Assembly: GCA_945877545.1 (NCBI GenBank)
Contig: CAMCSO010000003.1
Location: forward strand, 1 to 52,632
Length of the DNA: 52,632 nucleotides
Direction: 5' to 3'
Source of the DNA: Bifidobacterium breve
GTDB lineage: Bacteria; Actinomycetota; Actinomycetes; S36-B12
The notes below the pieces were generated by a model that saw only the letters and a program-made list of their open reading frames with translations, had not been told where the DNA came from and searched no databases. The stretch's first letter is position 1. Each line of letters starts with the position of its first letter. The position numbers and the translations under genes are program-made. Positions 46,095 to 52,632 of this stretch are shown one piece after another.

Positions 46095-47108
46095 CTAGTA
46101 GATCTTCGAGAAGGCCACGATGTTTGAACTGTCGAACTTGTAGGGATCGCCGAGGTAGACGACACCGTTCGCGCCCTGGGTGTAGCTCTTGCCGCCGGCG
46201 GTGAACTTGGCGCCGGTGGCCTGCTTCAGGTTGCCCGAGGCACACTCAGCTGCCGCCATGGTGCCGACGTAGCCGAGGTCGATCGGATTCCACAGGCCGA
46301 ACTCCTTGACGGTGCCGTCGAGAACGTACGGCGCCATCTCGCTCGGGAGACCGAGTCCGGTGATGGCAACCTTTGAGCCCTTCGACTTCTTCTCCTGCGC
46401 GGCGGCCCGGATTCCAACGGTCGTGGGCGAAATGATGCCCGCGATGTCGGGGTGCTCTGTCAGGATCTGGTTGTACTGCTGCGCCGACTTCGTTGCGTCG
46501 TCGTCGCCGTAGTAGACGCCCGCAAGGGTGATGTTCGGGTACTTCGCGGCAAGCTGCCGCTTCATGGCCTCGATCCAGGCGTTCTGGTTCGCTGCCGTTG
46601 CTGCGGCTGAGAGCACCGCAACCTTGCCCTTGTTGCCGATCTGCGCCGCGATCCAGTCGACCTCGGCCGCGCCGATACGCTCGGAGGAGGCAGGAAGCAC
46701 GGCAACCGTTCGTGACTTCGTGTCGGTGATGTCTGCATCAGAGGTGACAATGCAGATCTTCCGGGCGATTGCCTTCTTCAGGGCGGGGGTGATGGCGTTC
46801 TGGTCCGCCGCAGAGATGACGATCGCGTTGTAGCCCTGCTGGATTGCCTGATTGATGAAGGCGACCTGAGCCGGACCGGTGGCCGTTGTCGGGCCCATGT
46901 ACTTACATGTGGCGCTGATCTCCTTGCACGCCTTCTGCGCGCCCTTGTTCCAAGCGGTGAAGTACCCGTTGTTGATCGCCTTCGGAATGATGGCGATCTT
47001 CAGCCCTGACTTCGGTGCTGCCTGCGCAGGCATCGCCGTGAGCCCGGCAATGACCAGCACGCCGAGCGTGACTGCCACCGCCTTCGTGGCGAGTGATGTT
47101 TTGACCAT
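46095..47108 (-). CDS. rhaS: Rhamnose ABC transporter substrate-binding protein
   Basis: PKAINNGYF, ANQNAWI, YGDDD, SPTTVG, TGLGLPSE, LWNPIDLG. Confidence 0.88.
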   Translation of the reverse strand: MVKTSLATKAVAVTLGVLVIAGLTAMPAQAAPKSGLKIAIIPKAINNGYFTAWNKGAQKACKEISATCKYMGPTTATGPAQVAFINQAIQQGYNAIVISAADQNAITPALKKAIARKICIVTSDADITDTKSRTVAVLPASSERIGAAEVDWIAAQIGNKGKVAVLSAAATAANQNAWIEAMKRQLAAKYPNITLAGVYYGDDDATKSAQQYNQILTEHPDIAGIISPTTVGIRAAAQEKKSKGSKVAITGLGLPSEMAPYVLDGTVKEFGLWNPIDLGYVGTMAAAECASGNLKQATGAKFTAGGKSYTQGANGVVYLGDPYKFDSSNIVAFSKIY

Positions 47109-47110
47109 CC

Positions 47111-48184
47111 TCAGTTGCTCCCTTGATCATGTCCCGCGCCCGCGGGGCTTGGATGAACAACCTCATTGCCTGAAGGCAGCGAGGCTTCGCCTCGGGTGGG
47201 ATTGCCACCGCGAGGAGACCTGTGGCCGAGTTGCTCGCGCAGGCGCGAGATCAACTGCGGAATTGCGACGGAGACGAGAAGGAGCAGCCCGCTGACGATG
47301 ACGAGCGCGTTGGCATCGAAACCGGCCAGCTGAAGGAGTGACCGGCTCGCGCCCCAGACCAGGACCGCAGCGATGACGCCCCACATCGTTCCGATGCCCC
47401 CGGCAATGGCCACCCCACCGAAGAGAACTGCCGCGATGACGATGAGTTCGTACCCCATCGCGCCGTCGGGTGATGCCGATGCGAAGCGCAGCGTGTAGAC
47501 GAGCCCGGCCAGCCCCGCCATGAAGCCGGTCATGACGAACAGGAGGAGCCGGACTCGATCGACAGGGATCCCGGAGTAGGCGGCCGCCTCCTCGCCCTGT
47601 CCGATCGCGTAGCACCATCGGCCGAATCGGGTGCCGTGAAGCAGGTACCAGAACAGGGCACCAAACAACGCGAGAAGTACGACGGACCACGGCAGGAAGG
47701 TGCTGCCGATCGGGTAGAAAGCGAGGTCGGTCCACTCCATCGGCAAACTCGAGATCGGCATGTCGCCGAGCAGCACGAAGCACAGTCCTCGGTACAGCGC
47801 CAGGGTTCCGATCGTCACCGCCAGGGATGACAGGCCGAGCTTCGTGACGAGCAGACCGTTGACGAGTCCGCAGAGGGATCCGGTGGCGAGACCCGCGACG
47901 ACGGCGATGGGCATCGAGAGCGTCGCCTCATAGGTGATGCCGATGACCGCCGAGGCGAGCGTCAGCGAGGAGGCCACTGACAGGTCGATGTCCCGGACGA
48001 TGATGAGCAGTGCCATAGGGAAGGCGATGAGCAGGACCTCGGAGACGTCCGAGATCACGAAGTTGAGGTTGTCGCCGGTGAGGAACAGCTCGCTCGACAT
48101 GCCGCCGAAGAGGAGGGTGAGGATGAGGAGGAGGACGATCCCTCGGTCCCATGCCGTCAATCGCAACCGTTGCAACGCCATCAT
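47111..48184 (-). CDS. rhaQ: Rhamnose ABC transporter permease
   Basis: IDLSVAS, VTIGTLALYRG, YAIG...AA.YSGI, ELIVIAAVLFGG; ATG 48184 overlaps upstream stop. Confidence 0.85.
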   Translation of the reverse strand: MMALQRLRLTAWDRGIVLLLILTLLFGGMSSELFLTGDNLNFVISDVSEVLLIAFPMALLIIVRDIDLSVASSLTLASAVIGITYEATLSMPIAVVAGLATGSLCGLVNGLLVTKLGLSSLAVTIGTLALYRGLCFVLLGDMPISSLPMEWTDLAFYPIGSTFLPWSVVLLALFGALFWYLLHGTRFGRWCYAIGQGEEAAAYSGIPVDRVRLLLFVMTGFMAGLAGLVYTLRFASASPDGAMGYELIVIAAVLFGGVAIAGGIGTMWGVIAAVLVWGASRSLLQLAGFDANALVIVSGLLLLVSVAIPQLISRLREQLGHRSPRGGNPTRGEASLPSGNEVVHPSPAGAGHDQGSN

Positions 48185-49179
48185 GCGAGAACCTCCACTC
48201 GGCGGACCACGCGACGTGCGCTGCGCACAGCGACAACACGGTCGAAGGTGATCGCCAGTACGAGGAGCGCTCCCGCTACCGCCTGCTGCCAGAACTGCGA
48301 GACGCCAAGCGCTCCGAGGGCGAACGTGATCGTCTGGAGGAGCACAGCGCCGATGAGGGCCCCGACTGCTGTTCCGACCCCGCCCGCAATGGCAACCCCG
48401 CCGATCACGCAAGCGGCGATGACGTAGAGCTCGATGCCCAGGCCGCTGGTTGCGTCGGCGAACGAGAAACGTCCGAGCAGCAGGAGCCCCGCGACTCCGG
48501 TGAAGATCCCGCTCAGTGCGAATGCCACGAAGGTGCGCCTGGCCACCGGTATCCCCACCCGGAGCGCGGCCTCCGGATTGGAGCCGATCGCGTACAGGTC
48601 GCGGCCCCACCGGGAGTAGCGAAGCAGCAGTGTGACCGAGATAGCTCCGATGAGGGCGCAGACAAAGAGGTACGGGACTCCAAAAATGGAGCCTGAGCCG
48701 AGCTCGACCAATGGCGCCGGTACCTGCTCCGCCGTGATGGTCTCGCCGCCAGCGAGGTGGCTGAAGACGCCCCGGACGACATAGAGCATGGCGATGGTGA
48801 CGACCAATGAGGGCAGGCCCAGATAGGCGATAAGGAATCCGTTCACGACCCCCACCACGAGACCGACTGCGAGGCCGACACCGACCGACACGGCGAACGG
48901 CACCCCGATGTTCGCCGCCGCGTTCTGCCCGACGAGGAAGGCGACGAGACCGGTCGTCGATCCGACCGAGAGGTCGATCTGCCGCATGATGATGAGCATC
49001 GACTGCGAAGCCGCGAGCAGGCCGATGACCGAGGACTCGATGAGGATGGCGCTGATGCCCTCGCTCGAGGCGAAGGTGGGATTGACGAGGCCAGTGGTGA
49101 CAACAACCGCCGCGAGGGCGACGAGGATCGGGAACTCGCGAGCCTTCAGCGCCGTCGATGCGACGTTGCGCCCGGTCAT
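48181..49179 (-). CDS. rhaP: Rhamnose ABC transporter permease
   Basis: IDLSVGS, YAIGSNPEAA, ELYVIAACVIGG, SQFWQ. Confidence 0.85.
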   Translation of the reverse strand: MTGRNVASTALKAREFPILVALAAVVVTTGLVNPTFASSEGISAILIESSVIGLLAASQSMLIIMRQIDLSVGSTTGLVAFLVGQNAAANIGVPFAVSVGVGLAVGLVVGVVNGFLIAYLGLPSLVVTIAMLYVVRGVFSHLAGGETITAEQVPAPLVELGSGSIFGVPYLFVCALIGAISVTLLLRYSRWGRDLYAIGSNPEAALRVGIPVARRTFVAFALSGIFTGVAGLLLLGRFSFADATSGLGIELYVIAACVIGGVAIAGGVGTAVGALIGAVLLQTITFALGALGVSQFWQQAVAGALLVLAITFDRVVAVRSARRVVRRVEVLA

Positions 49180-50672
49180 GCCAAGGCTCCGGAGATCGTC
49201 GCCGCGGTCATGACCGACTCCTGCGTGGCATCCGCTCTCGCGATCTCGGCCACGAGTCGTCCCTCGCGCATGACGAGAACGCGATCGGCCATGCCGAGCA
49301 CCTCGGGAAGGTCTGACGAGACCATGAGTACGGCAAGGCCGCGAACGGCTTGCTCGGAGAGGAGTCGGTGCACCTCGGCCTTCGTCCCGACGTCGATGCC
49401 ACGCGTCGGCTCATCGACGATAAGCAAAGCGGGATCGGTCGCAAGCCACTTAGCCAGCACCACCTTCTGCTGGTTGCCTCCGGACAACCGCTCGACCGGG
49501 TCCTCGATGTTCGCATACTTCAGTTGGAGCCGGCCCGCCCAGTCGGTCGCCACGCGCCGCTCGGAAATGCCTCGCAGCAGCAGTCGTGACCGGAGTCGCG
49601 CGAGCACGGTCATGGCGATGTTCCGCGAAATCGCAGCGGGCATGAACAGGCCCTGCAGCCGGCGATCCTCCGGGACAAGTGCGACGCCAGCGCTCATGGC
49701 CGCGCTCGGCGACCCGTTTCGGAGCACGCTCCCCGAGACGCTGACGGTCCCGGAGTCATGGTGGTCGATGCCGAATATCGCTCGAACGACCTCCGAGCGG
49801 CCGGCCCCCACGAGACCTGCGAGCGCGACGATCTCGCCCCGGCGAACGTCGAATGAGATGTCGTGAAAGACGCCTGCTCGAGTAAGACCCTTGACCGAAA
49901 GCACGACATCGCCGACTTCCGCGTCGAACTTCGGGAACATCTCGGTGATCTCCCGGCCCACCATCCAGCGCACGATCTGCGTCGTGTCGATCTGCGCCAC
50001 TGCCGCGGTAGCGACGGTCGCGCCGTCGCGCATGACGGTCACCGAGTCGCAGAGTTCCGTGACCTCGTCCAGCCGATGGCTGATGTAGACGACCCCCCTG
50101 CCCTGATCCTTGAGCCTGCGGGCGACAGTCATGAGTTGTGCCACCTCGGCTGCGGAGAGCGCCGCGCTGGGCTCGTCCATAATGATGAGGGATGCATCGA
50201 TCGACAGCGCCTTTACGATCTCGACCATCTGCTGGTCCGCGATCGAGAGCCCGCGGGCCGGTCGCAACGGATTGAGGTCGATGCCAAGTCCGTCGAACAG
50301 ACCCTGCGTCTGCGACACCATGCCCCGCCAGTCGACGCGCCCGCCGGTTGTCGGCTGACGTCCGACGAAGACGTTCTCGGCGAGTGAGAGGTCCGGGAAC
50401 AGCGACGGCTCCTGGTAGATGACGGCGATACCCTGTTCACGGGCGGAACGGGGATTACCCTGGGAGAAGGGTCGTCCCTGAAGGGTGATCGTCCCTGCAT
50501 CGAGGGAGTGCAGGCCTGCAAGGGTCTTGACGAGGGTCGACTTGCCCGCTCCATTTTCCCCGAGGAGACCGACGATCTCGCCCGCACTCACCTCCAGCGA
50601 GGCCCCTGCAAGCGCGTGAACACCGCCGAAGCGCTTGTAGGCGCCCTCGACAGACAGCAGGTTCCCGGCCAA
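49176..50672 (-). CDS. rhaT: Sugar ABC transporter double ATPase
   Basis: GENGAGKST, MDEP, ISHR, LSGGNQQKV, DEPTRGID. Confidence 0.9.
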   Translation of the reverse strand: MAGNLLSVEGAYKRFGGVHALAGASLEVSAGEIVGLLGENGAGKSTLVKTLAGLHSLDAGTITLQGRPFSQGNPRSAREQGIAVIYQEPSLFPDLSLAENVFVGRQPTTGGRVDWRGMVSQTQGLFDGLGIDLNPLRPARGLSIADQQMVEIVKALSIDASLIIMDEPSAALSAAEVAQLMTVARRLKDQGRGVVYISHRLDEVTELCDSVTVMRDGATVATAAVAQIDTTQIVRWMVGREITEMFPKFDAEVGDVVLSVKGLTRAGVFHDISFDVRRGEIVALAGLVGAGRSEVVRAIFGIDHHDSGTVSVSGSVLRNGSPSAAMSAGVALVPEDRRLQGLFMPAAISRNIAMTVLARLRSRLLLRGISERRVATDWAGRLQLKYANIEDPVERLSGGNQQKVVLAKWLATDPALLIVDEPTRGIDVGTKAEVHRLLSEQAVRGLAVLMVSSDLPEVLGMADRVLVMREGRLVAEIARADATQESVMTAATISGALA

Positions 50673-50686
50673 TGCGACCCAATCTG

Positions 50687-50702
50687 ATTGAAAGGTTTCA
50701 AT
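50687..50702. promoter_or_regulatory. LacI-family operator
   Basis: ATTGAAAGGTTTCAAT, near-palindrome of TGAAAC-GTTTCA type just upstream of rhaT. Confidence 0.75.
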
Positions 50703-50773
50703 TGATGTTCGCTGAAACGTATGGGGTGGCTGGTCCCCTGTCCATCATTTTCCGAAAATTCATGTCCTGACAC

Positions 50774-50802
50774 TTGATACGTTTCATTTACCACCGTACG
50801 AT
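50774..50802 (+). promoter_or_regulatory. Regulator promoter with overlapping second LacI operator
   Basis: TTGATA-N17-TACGAT; operator TTGATACGTTTCAT 50774-50787 covers the -35. Confidence 0.7.
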
Positions 50803-50848
50803 GTGCCCGAGGCGATCAGACACGGGGCGATCCAAGGGCGGTGACATC

Positions 50849-51871
50849 GTGGGGTCGAGCATGAAGGATGTCGCGACCCTCGCATCGGTTTCCCTCGGCA
50901 CCGTCTCGAACGTCCTCAACCACCCGGAGCTCGTCGCCCCCGACACCGCGGCTCGCGTCCACCGTGCGATTCGCGAATTGGAGTTTATTCCGAATGCGCC
51001 TGCCCGGCAGTTGCGGTCGCACCACGCACGCGTCCTCGGACTCGTAGTCCCCGATATCTCCAACCCGTTCTTCACCGAAGTCGCCCGGGGCGTCGAGGAT
51101 GCCGCCCTTGATGCTGGCTATGTCGTGATCCTGTGCAATTCCGATGCTCAGGCGGAGCGGGAGGACCGTTATCTCGCGGTCCTCGAGTCCCAGCGTGTCG
51201 GCGGCATCCTCATCACCCCAGCCCGCAAGAGCCTCAAGCCACTCGGGCGCCTACTGGGCAACGGTGTGGCGGTGACACTGCTCGACAACGAGGCACCCGC
51301 CCAGGATGTGTGCAGCGCCTCGGTGGACGACCGGATGGGCGGAGCCCTCGCCGCCGAGCACGCCCTCAAGCTCGGCCACCGCAGGCTCGTCTGGCTAGCA
51401 GGCCCAACCGATATCCCCCAGGTCGCGGATCGCGAAGTGGGCCTGATGAACGCAGTGCGCAGCGCAGGCGCATCGGTGCAACGGCTCGCGGCCGAGCACA
51501 TGACCACTGCTTCGGGCGAGATGGCCATGGAAGCGGCGCTTTCGCAGGGAATGGAATTCACCGCCCTCGTGTGCGCAAACGACCTCCTCGCGCTCGGGGC
51601 GATTCGGGCGCTCAACCGCGCTGGGCTCCGGATCCCCGACGACATCTCCGTCATCGGCTACGACGACATCGAATTCGCCGCGAGCGCCGCAGTTCCCCTC
51701 ACGTCCGTTCGCCAGCCGAAGTACGAACTCGGACATGCAGCCGCCAGACTCGTCATCAGCGAGTGCGAGGATCCCGCCTCACATGCGCATCAGCGCGTGC
51801 AGTTCCAGCCCCAACTCGTCGCCCGTCAGTCGAGTGCGCCGGTTTCCGCGTCCGAAACCCTCGGCCGATGA
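50849..51871 (+). CDS. LacI-family repressor of the rhamnose operon
   Basis: SMKDVATLASVSLGTVSNVLN HTH, NPFF, ANDLLA, GYDD, LTSVRQP; start GTG 50849 or ATG 50861. Confidence 0.93.
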   Translation: MGSSMKDVATLASVSLGTVSNVLNHPELVAPDTAARVHRAIRELEFIPNAPARQLRSHHARVLGLVVPDISNPFFTEVARGVEDAALDAGYVVILCNSDAQAEREDRYLAVLESQRVGGILITPARKSLKPLGRLLGNGVAVTLLDNEAPAQDVCSASVDDRMGGALAAEHALKLGHRRLVWLAGPTDIPQVADREVGLMNAVRSAGASVQRLAAEHMTTASGEMAMEAALSQGMEFTALVCANDLLALGAIRALNRAGLRIPDDISVIGYDDIEFAASAAVPLTSVRQPKYELGHAAARLVISECEDPASHAHQRVQFQPQLVARQSSAPVSASETLGR

Positions 51872-52350
51872 GCGAGGCGATGGAGCAGCAGTCAGTCATA
51901 AGGATCTGAGAGAGGCTCGCACTCCTTGGAGCACGCGGCGAGGTCCGGCGCCTTGGCAACAACGCCCGCACTGCGAAGGAGGCCACGGACGCACACGGAA
52001 TCGGGGTGGGATAGTTCGCCAGTTCACTCATCTTCCTCGCCGACGGCGAGCCTGTCCTAGGCATCGCATCCCGCGGGCACCGAGTCGATACCCAGGTGCT
52101 CGCCGCGATCCTTAAAGTCGCCGTCATCAGCAAGGCGAGCGCCGATGATGTGCGTGCCAGTATGAGTTTCGTGATCGGGGCCGTCGCGCCGGTGGGTCAC
52201 CCGGAGCCACTTCGCACCATCGTCGACGTAACGCGCTCCCGCTACGACGAAGTGTGGGCTGCTGGTGGGCACCCGCACTACATGTTCCCGACCAGTTACG
52301 GCAACTTGCTTCGGATCACTGGTGGCGAGGCTGCCGAAGTCGGCGCCTGA
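51868..52350 (+). pseudogene. YbaK/EbsC aminoacyl-tRNA deacylase-family pseudogene
   Basis: Single frame ARTAKEA...G*FASSLIF...HRVD...IGAVAPVGH...VWAAGG with in-frame stops at 51907 (TGA) and 52012 (TAG). Confidence 0.85.
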
Positions 52351-52360
52351 TCACATCGGC

Positions 52361-52632
52361 TCAGCTGGACCTGTCGCTTGGCCCGAAGGTCATGACATCT
52401 ATGAGCTTAAGCCTGTTCCTCGACCAGTCGCCTTGCCTGCGGACCCGCGCTAGTGCAGCCGCCGTATGGGGCGAGACGTCGCTACCAGCCGCCATGAGTT
52501 GCGCGAGGGCGGCGACATCGCCCACCGCGAATTCGCGCCCAGTCTCGTCCTCGATGATCCACCACTCATTGCCGGGGTTCGCAGACGCCGCAACGGGTAT
52601 TCCACAGGACATCGCCTGGAGCAGGGTCACTG
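52361..52632 (-). CDS. GT-B (family 4-like) glycosyltransferase, 3' end only
   Basis: LLQAMSCGIPVAAS..PG.E.WI....TG..F..GD..AL. Confidence 0.75.
   Translation of the reverse strand, partial: VTLLQAMSCGIPVAASANPGNEWWIIEDETGREFAVGDVAALAQLMAAGSDVSPHTAAALARVRRQGDWSRNRLKLIDVMTFGPSDRSS

Noticed and set aside
47111-48610. 499-aa extended permease as given in ORF track
   Set aside because: First 142 codons overlap rhaP off-frame; real start is ATG 48184

Overview
High-GC actinobacterial chromosome segment. Left half (1-24 kb) is core genome: rluD (partial), lspA, a dksA-like gene, ileS (type 2, swapped GTHH signature) and a complete dcw cell-division cluster on the minus strand (mraZ to ftsZ, pgeF, yggS, sepF, yggT, DivIVA-domain gene), including MraZ boxes, an mraW RNA motif and an unannotated 43-aa membrane ORF. 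The most interesting unit is a minus-strand DNA-damage cassette at 28.2-34.2 kb: a promoter carrying both a PafBC-type element and a perfect LexA box drives DUF6504 (ImuB-C-like), a SAV_6107-type HEPN protein, C-loop hairpins, an atypical DnaE2 (dead PHP, QLSF clamp motif, no SRDF tail) and an intact DinB. No imuA/imuB lies in the window. An accessory block follows (34.3-51.9 kb): a small Zn-finger/HTH operon with a charge-reversed tandem gene duplicate, an antitoxin remnant, a partly decayed cst-like persulfide operon under a CsoR-family box, and a full L-rhamnose catabolic operon with LacI. The window ends with a ybaK pseudogene and a partial GT4 glycosyltransferase. Family names come from motif recognition only; no database search was run.
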